From IMG/VR virus record IMGVR_UViG_3300033180_000002, positions 1 through 57,126 of that record: 57,126 bases of DNA; one strand, 5' to 3'. The notes under the pieces were generated by a model, which did not search any database, was not told where the DNA came from, and saw nothing but the letters and a program-made list of their open reading frames with translations. This stretch comes from a virus. Shown here one piece after another: positions 7,701 through 14,819 of this stretch. Each line of letters opens with the position of its first letter. The first letter of the stretch is position 1. A program made the translations under genes and the position numbers.

Positions 7701-7841
7701 TCACTTGCTCTTCTTCGGGTTCTTCGCCTTGACCATCTTCTTGTCGCCGTACTTCGGTTTCTGCGCCTGCATGGGCGGGGTGGTCGCCCTGCTCGCCTTC
7801 TCCCCGGTGATGACGTTGCGGACGCTCTTGAAGAATCCCAC
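7701..7841 (-). CDS. hypothetical basic small protein (46 aa)
   Basis: Hand translation gives VGFFKSVRNVITGEKASRATTPPMQAQKPKYGDKKMVKAKNPKKSK*. AAGGGGG lies 7 nt upstream of the GTG. Confidence 0.4.
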   Translation of the reverse strand: MGFFKSVRNVITGEKASRATTPPMQAQKPKYGDKKMVKAKNPKKSK

Positions 7842-7843
7842 CG

Positions 7844-7966
7844 CTATGCCCCCTTCGGACCCCGTACGCGGTTGAGCCGGGCGGCGATGCTGTTGACCTG
7901 CTTGGTGCTGGCGTTGTTGCGAATGGCCTTGCCGAGTGCGGCCCAGATCTTGTCGACGTCGTTCAT
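7844..7966 (-). CDS. hypothetical small protein (40 aa)
   Basis: Hand translation gives MNDVDKIWAALGKAIRNNASTKQVNSIAARLNRVRGPKGA*. It has a strong GAGGAGGAG ribosome-binding site. Confidence 0.5.
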   Translation of the reverse strand: MNDVDKIWAALGKAIRNNASTKQVNSIAARLNRVRGPKGA

Positions 7967-8002
7967 GCCGTTCTCCTCCTCGTTTGGGGGGTTACGTGGT
8001 AG

Positions 8003-8064
8003 GTCGCCGGGACGCGAATCCACGCCGTGGCCACGGGGGATTCCCTCGGTGCATCCCGGCGACC
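8003..8064. other. hairpin closed by a perfect 11-bp stem
   Basis: GGTCGCCGGGA (8003-8013) pairs with TCCCGGCGACC (8054-8064). It lies between the 194-nt tRNA-like RNA and the next small gene. On the minus strand it is followed by TACCA. Confidence 0.55.
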
Positions 8065-8154
8065 CGCCGCCCAGCGTCCGGTAAGAGCCTTCGTCTGGGC
8101 GACAGCGGAGGGCTGAGGTCGGGGCGGGCCCGCTTTGCTCTCCTCCGCATCCGT

Positions 8155-8348
8155 GGTGACGGGTGGGCTCGAACCACCGGGGTCCTTCCGGCCTGGTCCC
8201 TGTCGGCCCGGATGATCTTCCGAGTTTTCAGGGGGGCCTTGGGGCCGCTCCTCCCCCTTCGCACCGGCTGAATCAGGCCGGGGGTCGCCGTTAGCCGTGC
8301 GCACGGCGCGGTCCGGCCGGGGGTGCTCTTCCTCTGAGCTACGTCACC
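8155..8348 (-). ncRNA. 194-nt tRNA-like RNA: canonical acceptor, D and T arms with about 144 nt in place of the anticodon/variable region
   Basis: The 5' part is GGTGACG TA GCTC AGAGGAA GAGC A, and the 3' part is GGTGG TTCGAGC CCACC CGTCACC A, giving a 7/7-bp acceptor. The insert holds several hairpins, a duplicated ACCCCCGGCC and a GGGGGAGGAG tract. Confidence 0.6.
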
Positions 8349-8466
8349 TTGTTCAGTTGTCGTGCCCACCTCGCCCGCCGGGCCGTCGCCATGACGGGCG
8401 AGGTGGTGCCATTTCTCGCTTGGGTCAGACACCGTCGTGAGTGAACAGCTAGGCATGGCTGCCTCC

Positions 8467-8536
8467 GTGCCGTGCGGGGAGTTGAACCCCGTCTTCCCCG
8501 GGTTAGGGGGCGCTCCACCTCCAGAGCTTCACGGCG
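8467..8536 (-). tRNA. tRNA-like gene (70 nt), C1:A72 mismatch, 4-bp anticodon stem, loop CUAACCC
   Basis: Hand fold: CGCCGTG AA GCTC TGGAGGTG GAGC G CCCC CTAACCC GGGG AAGA CGGGG TTCAACT CCCCG CACGGCA C. It is a paralogue of 8790..8861, and both are preceded by GTAC. Confidence 0.6.
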
Positions 8537-8789
8537 GTACTGAGCCAGCCCGGGTCTCCAGGGCATGTCCCCGGCTCACCGATTCTCCCGTGTCCGGGCG
8601 GTGGGTCCTTGCTGGCCTTTCCTGTTACCAGGCGCAACCTGTGCGCCACTACCCCCTGCGGGGCCTCCCGCTCTGCGGGCGTCACGGCCGTGTCAGGCCG
8701 TCCTCGGCGGCTTCCTGCGCGTCACAGCTGCTCACCCGGGAGGGTGGACTGTGTACGACCTGCGTGCAAGCCACGAAGCACTTTCGGTC

Positions 8790-8861
8790 GTGCCACGGGA
8801 GGACTCGAACCTCCGACTCAGGGCTTTGGGCCCCAGCTCTGGCCATCTGAGCTACGCGGCG
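8790..8861 (-). tRNA. tRNA-like gene (72 nt) with an initiator-like body (C1:A72, three G:C pairs in the anticodon stem) but loop CCCAAAG
   Basis: Hand fold: CGCCGCG TA GCTC AGATGGCCA GAGC TGGGG CCCAAAG CCCTG AGTC GGAGG TTCGAGT CCTCC CGTGGCA C. Position 33 is C rather than U, and there is no N26. Confidence 0.65.
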
Positions 8862-8954
8862 GTACTAGGCTTTCTTCCGCTTCGCGTGTCGACCCACTAG
8901 GCGGCGCCTGGCCTTTCCTTTTACCACCCCAGGTTGGCTATCTCCCGGGGGCCG

Positions 8955-9026
8955 TGACGTTGGACGGATTCGCACCGCCGACCTCCTGCCGTGAGGCAGG
9001 TGCTCTATCTGCTGAGCTACAACGTC
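8955..9026 (-). tRNA. tRNA-like gene (72 nt), Val(CAC)-like, with a 6-nt anticodon loop
   Basis: Hand fold: GACGTTG TA GCTC AGCAGATA GAGC A CCTGC CUCACG GCAGG AGGTC GGCGG TGCGAAT CCGTC CAACGTC A. The loop is one nt short, and the T-loop is TGC instead of TTC. Confidence 0.7.
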
Positions 9027-9137
9027 GGCCGCTTACTCAAGGCGACCACTCGGGTTGACGCCAGGGTGAGTGTCGGCAGTTTCCCGCATTGGGCCAATGG
9101 CCTTCCAGGTAGTGCCGTCCTCCAGCGTTCCTTCGCG

Positions 9138-9203
9138 TGGACCGGTGGCATCGAAGCCAGCAGGCGTGCGGGCCGCACATCTTCAAAACACCCTGCCCGG
9201 TCC
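9138..9203 (-). ncRNA. 66-nt tRNA-like element (7-bp acceptor, T-like arm with a 6-nt loop, no clear D or anticodon arm)
   Basis: Sequence: GGACCGGGCAGGGTGTTTTGAAGATGTGCGGCCCGCACGCCTGCTGGCTTCGATGCCACCGGTCCA. The ends GGACCGG/CCGGTCC pair perfectly. Confidence 0.3.
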
Positions 9204-9344
9204 CGGCCGCCCGCATATGTTCGGGTCATCTGTCGGCCGTCGTGCTGGTCGTGGCCTCATCCCCCGAGGCGTGGGGGCATCGTCCAGCACTTGCACCTGT
9301 GGTCGTCTTGGGGTGTCGCACCCGGTGCCCCGGTGCGTCTTCCG

Positions 9345-9412
9345 TGGGAAGAGCAGGAGTCGAACCTGCGTCTCTGTGCCGAAGCGTGGCTCTACCGTTG
9401 AGCTATCTCCCC
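9345..9412 (-). ncRNA. tRNA-like RNA (68 nt) with a truncated anticodon arm
   Basis: Hand fold: GGGGAGA TA GCTC AACGGTA GAGC [CACGCTTCGGCACAGAGAC] GCAGG TTCGACT CCTGC TCTTCCC A. Only 19 nt sit where about 22 are expected, and no 5-bp/7-nt anticodon hairpin can form. Confidence 0.55.
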
Positions 9413-9455
9413 GGGGCGCGGCATCCGAGCTCCTATCAGATGCCGCGCGGCCTGG

Positions 9456-9638
9456 TTACTTCTTGGGCTTGTCGCCGCCCTTGAAGACCACGACGATCTT
9501 GCCGAGCAGGGACTTGTCGGAGGTGCGGCCGTCACCAGCCGAGGCGCCGTGGCCACGGGGGTGACCTGTGCCGCGACCGAACCAGCGGTTGCTGGACTTG
9601 CCGGATTCGTTGCCGAGGTGCCGGGTCTTGTTGGTCAT
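9456..9638 (-). CDS. hypothetical basic protein (60 aa)
   Basis: ORF track entry. GGAGGAG lies upstream of the ATG. Confidence 0.55.
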   Translation of the reverse strand: MTNKTRHLGNESGKSSNRWFGRGTGHPRGHGASAGDGRTSDKSLLGKIVVVFKGGDKPKK

Positions 9639-9673
9639 CGGGTCTCCTCCGTTGCGGGCGGGCGGGGGGCCGG

Positions 9674-9877
9674 TCAGTAGGTGGGGTGCTGCTCCGTCTC
9701 GACCGTGAAGTCGACGCTGGTGCGCTTGACGGCGGTGGTGGCGACCTTCACCGGGTCGAGGTGGATGCTGCCGTCGTCGTCCTTCTCGGCGGTGTAGAAC
9801 TCGATGCCCTTGTCCACGATGCCGTCCAGGTTGACGCGGCCACGGGCATCGACGCGGTACAGGGTCAATTCGGGCAT
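9674..9877 (-). CDS. SpoVT/AbrB-like (swapped-hairpin) small DNA-binding protein, putative
   Basis: VDARGRVNLDGIVDKGIEFYTAEKDDDGSIHLDPVKV resembles the AbrB-fold pattern. GGAGGAA lies upstream of the ATG. Confidence 0.4.
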   Translation of the reverse strand: MPELTLYRVDARGRVNLDGIVDKGIEFYTAEKDDDGSIHLDPVKVATTAVKRTSVDFTVETEQHPTY

Positions 9878-10006
9878 GAGGGTGTTCCTCCAGGATGTGT
9901 GCCGGGGTGGAGGGGACCGGGTGGCCCTACCTCCCGAGCGGGACGGGGGGCCGACCGCTCGGGTTGACAGACCGGGGAGGCGTGAGCCAGTCCCGATCCC
10001 CTCCGT

Positions 10007-10372
10007 CTACTGAGACCCTACACCATCCCGCACGGGGGACTCTGCCACGCGTACGGAAGGGGTTTTCGGGTCACGGCGAGCCAGGATCTCGGCCCGGAAG
10101 TGGCTGAACAGGTTCTCCCAGTCGCAGTCGGCTGGGTGACCGTCGAAGTCGACGCCGGGCGTGCGGGCGGCCAGCATGCCGAACAGCCAGGCCCGATCCC
10201 CATCGGAGACGCTGTCGTTCTCGCCCATGAACGATCCCGCCATGTGGCAGAACTGCCAGCGCCTATCGGGCTCAATGTCCATGCCGCTATCGATCTGGTC
10301 GAGGCGCCGCGTGATGAGCTGCACGACGTGGCGGTTGAGCGTGTCGGCGATTCCTGCGTCCATGTGGAACAT
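10007..10372 (-). CDS. hypothetical protein (about 118-121 aa)
   Basis: ORF track entry. GGGAGG abuts the first ATG, so the ATG at 10363 is the more likely start. Confidence 0.6.
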   Translation of the reverse strand: MFHMDAGIADTLNRHVVQLITRRLDQIDSGMDIEPDRRWQFCHMAGSFMGENDSVSDGDRAWLFGMLAARTPGVDFDGHPADCDWENLFSHFRAEILARRDPKTPSVRVAESPVRDGVGSQ

Positions 10373-10398
10373 CCTCCCTGGTCGGTCTGTCGTCTCTC

Positions 10399-10427
10399 AG
10401 CTTAGTTGCGGCCATGGCGAGTGTCAA
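10399..10427 (-). promoter_or_regulatory. putative sigma-70-type promoter TTGACA-N17-TAAGCT
   Basis: The minus strand reads TTGACActcgccatggccgcaacTAAGCT, about 25 nt upstream of the 10372 gene, in a divergent intergenic region. Confidence 0.45.
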
Positions 10428-10517
10428 CCCCGGATAGACGATTAGCCCAGATTCCTGCTTGAACATCGGTCGATCTTCAGTCACCCTGGAACGTGAAGGA
10501 GGACAAGCCCGACGGAG

Positions 10518-10787
10518 GTGGCGGACGTGATGAGCGCGCAGGAGCTGGAGAAGGACGCATTCGAGCTGCCCACGGTCAACCCGTGGCGCCGGGCGCCGAG
10601 CCGGGAGCAGGCCCGCTTCGCCATGGACCTGTGCCGCACCGAGCTGCCCTACGCGGAGCGCACCGCCACCATCGCCACCTTCGACGCGCTGGACAGCCGC
10701 GCCATGTCCGAGCTGATCGACGAGCTGAAGGACTTGCGGGCGAAGCGCCTGGCGCGGCTGCGGCGCGCACGGCGACCGCGCCGGTAG
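10518..10787 (+). CDS. hypothetical protein (89 aa), plus-strand insert
   Basis: ORF track entry. GGAGGTGG lies upstream of the GTG, and an alternative ATG lies at 10530. Confidence 0.5.
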   Translation: MADVMSAQELEKDAFELPTVNPWRRAPSREQARFAMDLCRTELPYAERTATIATFDALDSRAMSELIDELKDLRAKRLARLRRARRPRR

Positions 10788-10796
10788 CATCGGCGC

Positions 10797-10842
10797 AGAG
10801 AGGCCCCCAATCCCACCCCCCGTGGGGATAGGGGGCCTCTCT
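10797..10842. terminator. stem-loop terminator (12-bp stem AGAGAGGCCCCC/GGGGGCCTCTCT)
   Basis: A perfect inverted repeat at 10797-10808 and 10831-10842, directly after the 10787 stop. Confidence 0.55.
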
Positions 10843-10885
10843 TCATGCCCGGACAGTTCAGCCTGGTGCGACGTCTGTAACGGGC

Positions 10886-11140
10886 GTGGAGACTCAGCGG
10901 TTCTACGTGATCATGGCGACTGACGGGGACGTGGCGGAGCGGGAGATCGGCGAGGCGCTAAACGCGCTCGGCTATCACGGCCTGCTCGTGCTGGATGCGG
11001 GGAAGGCGGACCCGCACGAATGCCCGTGCCCGTCACGGCGGTGCATCGAGCAGCTGCGGCGCGAGGGGCACGTCATCCCGGACGGTACGTCCTGCTGCAT
11101 CTGCTGGGCCAGGAACGCCCCGAGCCCCGGAGCGGGGTAG
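10886..11140 (+). CDS. hypothetical Cys-rich protein (84 aa)
   Basis: ORF track entry (GTG start). It contains CPCPSRRC...CCICW. Confidence 0.45.
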   Translation: METQRFYVIMATDGDVAEREIGEALNALGYHGLLVLDAGKADPHECPCPSRRCIEQLRREGHVIPDGTSCCICWARNAPSPGAG

Positions 11141-11235
11141 TCGGGGCGTCTTGAGTGTCGCGGCACTGCCGCGCTTCATCCCGGTGCCGATCCGTCAGGC
11201 CAGAGGCCGAACCGGACCCACTTTCCTCGAACAGC

Positions 11236-12714
11236 CTATCCGTACGCCGAGCTGGAGGGCATCCAGTCGTTGACGGACGGGGCGGCGATGCGGACCAGCC
11301 CCTTCTCTTTGCCCATCAGGAACAGTCCGGCCTGCACGAGGGCGTCGATGCGGTCGGGGCTCTTCGCATCCTCGGGGACCCACGTACAGCATTGGTCCTC
11401 CAGCTCGACGAAGGTGCCGACGTGGTGCCAGCGGTTCTGCTCGTAGCGGGAGGCGACCGGTTCGGCGCGCAGCTTCTTCCCGGCTAGGGAGGTGACTTCC
11501 TTGACCGGCGGCGGACCAGGGGGGAACAGGCAGCCTTGGCACCCCTCGTCCGGGTCGTCCTTGTCCGGGCCGGGGCAGCCCGGCTCGTGCTCCTTCTGCA
11601 TCTCCGCGTAGGCGTCGGTGACGACCTGCATGAGCCACTTCTTGCCCATGTTCGTTTCGATGATCAGCCAGGTGGCGTCGTAGCGCAGGAACATCTCCCA
11701 GGCGCGGCGGGCGGCGGCGTGCCCGACAATCTTCATCGTCCAGTCGGCTAGGACGTAGTCGTCGCCGTTGTAGCCGCGCCCGGCTGCGATCAGGCCGGTC
11801 TCGTCGCCCGCGCCAGTGGCGCCGGGGTCCATGGAGATGACGCGCATCTTCAGTTCGGGCAGGTCGGCAGCCTTGATGCGGTTGTTTTCGATCATGGTGC
11901 GGTTCCACAGTGCACCCTCGATCTCTTCGAGGAGGTGCCCGTACAACTCCTGCAACCCGGCGCGGGTGCCCTCGTAGATCTTCTTGAGCTGGTCGACGAC
12001 CTTCCGCGACAGGTTCATGATGTTGTCGAAGATCGAGCCGGTGGTGATGACGACCGTGCCGTCCGTCTCGTGCTGCCACTCGATCAGCAGCTTGATCGGC
12101 TTCGGGGTGGTGGTGACCACGGCGCGGGGGTGGTCGTCGATGAGCGGGGCGCGCAGCGACGGCAGGATGCCCTCGTACCAGGCGCTGTACGTGTAGCGCC
12201 ACTTGGCCAGCTCGTCGGCCCACAGCCCGGCCAGGTTGAAGCCTCGGCCGACGTCGGCGTTGTCGGCGCCCTCGAAGTAGATGACCTGACCGGACGTGAA
12301 TTCGATCATGAGCTTGGGCGACTTCCAGTACCGGAAGTCCTTGCCCTTCACGAGGCCCATGCGGTGCAGGATCGACAGGATGCCGGAGTTGCCCTCAAGG
12401 CAGGCGGTGCGGCAGTCGTTCAGCGTCTCGGCGATCACCAGCCACTCGGTGCGCTGGCCGAAGGCATCCACGGGATGGCGGAACACCCGGTCGAGGAGGT
12501 CTTCGGCGCCGGTGCGCGTTTTGCCCCAGCCGCGACCGGAGCGGATCAGCCAGACCAGCCAGTCCCCGGGCGGCTTGAACTGCTCGGGCCGCCCGACCCA
12601 CCACCAAGCGCCCTTCTGGATCTCCTCCAGCGTCTCGCGGTTCTGGGCCTGGAGCCATTGACGGCGCAGCGCGGGCGGCAGCAGGGCCAGCTTCTGGGCG
12701 GCGGACAGACTCAT
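11236..12714 (-). CDS. terminase large subunit
   Basis: 492 aa. It has the Walker A-like motif IRSGRGWGKTRTGAED, a C-terminal nuclease-like region, and the expected size and position. Confidence 0.85.
   Translation of the reverse strand: MSLSAAQKLALLPPALRRQWLQAQNRETLEEIQKGAWWWVGRPEQFKPPGDWLVWLIRSGRGWGKTRTGAEDLLDRVFRHPVDAFGQRTEWLVIAETLNDCRTACLEGNSGILSILHRMGLVKGKDFRYWKSPKLMIEFTSGQVIYFEGADNADVGRGFNLAGLWADELAKWRYTYSAWYEGILPSLRAPLIDDHPRAVVTTTPKPIKLLIEWQHETDGTVVITTGSIFDNIMNLSRKVVDQLKKIYEGTRAGLQELYGHLLEEIEGALWNRTMIENNRIKAADLPELKMRVISMDPGATGAGDETGLIAAGRGYNGDDYVLADWTMKIVGHAAARRAWEMFLRYDATWLIIETNMGKKWLMQVVTDAYAEMQKEHEPGCPGPDKDDPDEGCQGCLFPPGPPPVKEVTSLAGKKLRAEPVASRYEQNRWHHVGTFVELEDQCCTWVPEDAKSPDRIDALVQAGLFLMGKEKGLVRIAAPSVNDWMPSSSAYG
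11884..11893 (-). repeat. AT-rich motif copy (GATCGAAAAC)
   Basis: Context CATGATCGAAAACAA; within the large terminase in sense, read M-I-E-N. Confidence 0.8.
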
Positions 12715-12724
12715 GATCGAAAAC
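12715..12724 (+). repeat. AT-rich motif copy (GATCGAAAAC)
   Basis: Context CATGATCGAAAACTA; intergenic, abutting the large-terminase start codon. Confidence 0.8.
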
Positions 12725-12782
12725 TACGCGGGGATGGTGCGTGACCTGCGGGCTGAAGGCACGGGTCGTACATGCGCGGTGC

Positions 12783-12820
12783 CCGGAGGTCGCCCGTTTG
12801 CCCGGCGGGGCGACCTCCGG
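12783..12820. other. 13-bp perfect inverted repeat between the terminase genes
   Basis: CCGGAGGTCGCCC ... GGGCGACCTCCGG lies in the 118-nt gap between the small and large terminase genes. Confidence 0.5.
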
Positions 12821-12832
12821 CCGCGCTCGCCC

Positions 12833-13570
12833 TCACTGCGGAGGAGGTGCAGGAAGAGCGGCGTCCAGTTCGCGAGTCGCCTCCTCGGCGCTCGCGGTCA
12901 GCTCCTGGTACCCGGCAGTGATCTGCTCCGGGCTCATGCGCTGCACCATCGCGTCCAGGGTCTTCATGATGTTGTCGTGCTGCACACCGACCTCCACGCG
13001 CATCTCCGGCTTCCCGGCGGCGTCGGTCTTCGTGGTGGCGGCCACGGTGACGGAGGTCTGCGAGCTGGCGCCCTTGTTCAGCACTTCCAGGCCCAGTGCG
13101 GCGCGCTCGATGCGGGCGGCGGTGTCGAGCATCAACACCAGGGCGTGCGGGCTGATGGAGTCGACGTCGAGGGTCTTCAGCCGCTCTAGGGCCTTGTCCA
13201 TCAGCTTGCGGGCGGCGGCCTGGTGCTTGCGGGCCATTTCTTCGCGGGCGTCCTGGAGGCGGATTCCGGCGATGCGATCCTGTTCGGCGTCATACAGCCC
13301 GGCCCGCGCCGTCCACTTGTTGAAGCGGGCGATGCGGGCCGTAGCCGAGAACGAGAGCGGGGACAGGGCGGCGAGCTGCGCAACGGTACGGATCCGGCCC
13401 ATGTCCCGGTACATCAGGAACAGGCCGTAGTTGCGGGGCAGTTCGCCCGGCTGCCGCGCCCAGGCGTCGATTGTCGGGTCCAGCTCGATCTCTCGGCGGG
13501 ACAGGGCGTCGAGCACGTCGGGGGCGCGGGTGTGGTCGTTGCTGGTCTTGCGGTCCGGGCGGCGGGTCAT
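12833..13570 (-). CDS. terminase small subunit (putative)
   Basis: 245 aa, immediately upstream of the large subunit. The N-terminus is HTH-like (NYGLFLMYRDMGRIRTVAQLA) and a coiled-coil region follows. Confidence 0.6.
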   Translation of the reverse strand: MTRRPDRKTSNDHTRAPDVLDALSRREIELDPTIDAWARQPGELPRNYGLFLMYRDMGRIRTVAQLAALSPLSFSATARIARFNKWTARAGLYDAEQDRIAGIRLQDAREEMARKHQAAARKLMDKALERLKTLDVDSISPHALVLMLDTAARIERAALGLEVLNKGASSQTSVTVAATTKTDAAGKPEMRVEVGVQHDNIMKTLDAMVQRMSPEQITAGYQELTASAEEATRELDAALPAPPPQ

Positions 13571-13618
13571 GGTCTCCTCCTACGAGGGCCAGCCTACGGG
13601 ACGCCCGGAGACCTCTTC

Positions 13619-13807
13619 CTACTTGTCGTCGTCGCCGAACAGCATCCGCCAGATGCGGCGGGCCGCAAGATTCTCGGCGCCCGTGCCGATCCGCATCTGC
13701 CGGGACGGCACCTTGCCGGTCGCTTTGTACGCCTTGGCTCCGGACTGCGCGGCCTTGCCGCCGAAGAGGCCGCCGTCGGACCGCCTCTTATTGTCGGGGT
13801 TGCCCAT
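13619..13807 (-). CDS. hypothetical protein (62 aa)
   Basis: ORF track entry with protein-like composition. Confidence 0.5.
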   Translation of the reverse strand: MGNPDNKRRSDGGLFGGKAAQSGAKAYKATGKVPSRQMRIGTGAENLAARRIWRMLFGDDDK

Positions 13808-13880
13808 GCCATGTCTCCATTCAGTGAACTTCCAGCGGACGTACGTAAAGGTCGGGGAAACCCTCGTCGGGCCCAGACCT

Positions 13881-14249
13881 TCACAGGCCGGGCCAGAGCA
13901 GGGCGCCGTGCTTGATGAGCGACGTCAGACGCAGCAGCAGATCGGCGCCGTCGGCCCACGTCTCGGTGTCTTCGGCGATCAGCGGCGGGATCTCCTCGGG
14001 ACCGAGGCGGCGGCCGGTGGCCAGGTAGACCAGGGCGTCGGTGCGCCCCCGGTCCATGGTCACCTGACCGTGCCACTCGTACAGCCAGGCGGTGAAGCCC
14101 TGCGGGGACCAGCCGGACCACACGATCTGCGCGGGGGCGGCCAGGTTCGGCGGCAGGAAGGCCACCTCCTCGCCGTCGAACGGGCCACCGTACAGCCGCA
14201 GGCGGGCGTAGTTGCTGGCCGGAGTGTGCGGCCATGCCCAGTTAGCCAC
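13881..14249 (-). CDS. hypothetical protein (122 aa)
   Basis: ORF track entry with protein-like sequence. Confidence 0.55.
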   Translation of the reverse strand: MANWAWPHTPASNYARLRLYGGPFDGEEVAFLPPNLAAPAQIVWSGWSPQGFTAWLYEWHGQVTMDRGRTDALVYLATGRRLGPEEIPPLIAEDTETWADGADLLLRLTSLIKHGALLWPGL

Positions 14250-14430
14250 GTCGCAGCCCCGCGCGACGTGTCAACTCGCGGGAGACCACCCACCCCCAGT
14301 GCTCCAAGATATTCGAGAGGCTGACCACCTCGTCGTCCGTCAGCTTTTGGACATCCTCGCCCAGGGCATGGCCGCCGGTCCGGTCATCATCGCTGAGCAG
14401 CTTCGCCAGCCTGTCGGGGTGGATGGTCAT
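14242..14430 (-). CDS. hypothetical protein (62 aa)
   Basis: ORF track entry. It overlaps both neighbours by a few nt. Confidence 0.5.
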   Translation of the reverse strand: MTIHPDRLAKLLSDDDRTGGHALGEDVQKLTDDEVVSLSNILEHWGWVVSRELTRRAGLRRG

Positions 14431-14819
14431 CCTCGGCTCAGCTTCCTATCGTTTTGGATCATGTACTCGGGGCATCGGCTCCACCGGCACGGGTTTTCAC
14501 GGAACACATGCTCGTACATGTCGGCGTAGCGCTCCTCGTAGAACGCCCACTGCCGCACCCCGCCCTGATGGCCGCAGTGCGAGCGCACCCACCAGCTGAA
14601 CGAGTCGTCACGGGGTAGGCGCTGGTCGGCAGGCCACTGCCCGTCTGGCATGGGGCGTTTCAGCCAGACCACGCCGGGGCGCCCGACGGGGGCATCCCGA
14701 ATGATCCAGCGCTCGGTGTAGCGGGGGGCGGCCGGAGCCCGGCCCTCCGTGGGGAGAGCCGGGTTCTGGCGTTCCTGATTGCGCTCGTGGCGCTTGCGGC
14801 CCTCTGCGGTCACGACCAC
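14427..14819 (-). CDS. hypothetical protein (130 aa)
   Basis: ORF track entry. It is Trp/Cys-rich (WWVRSHCGHQGG...CRWSRCPEY). Confidence 0.5.
   Translation of the reverse strand: MVVTAEGRKRHERNQERQNPALPTEGRAPAAPRYTERWIIRDAPVGRPGVVWLKRPMPDGQWPADQRLPRDDSFSWWVRSHCGHQGGVRQWAFYEERYADMYEHVFRENPCRWSRCPEYMIQNDRKLSRG

Noticed and set aside
8155-8348. A tmRNA interpretation of the 194-nt tRNA-like RNA.
   Set aside because: It has no G3:U70 pair and a true D stem is present. The only candidate frame after the SD-like tract (GCG GCC CCA AGG CCC CCC TGA) does not resemble a degradation tag. It is also about half the usual tmRNA length.
7018-9564. About 25 overlapping ORFs of 60-197 aa on both strands in the tRNA-like region.
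   Set aside because: All have a Pro/Arg/Gly-dominated composition, overlap one another, and run across recognisable tRNA arms. Only 7352..7696 and two short hand-called ORFs look like genes.
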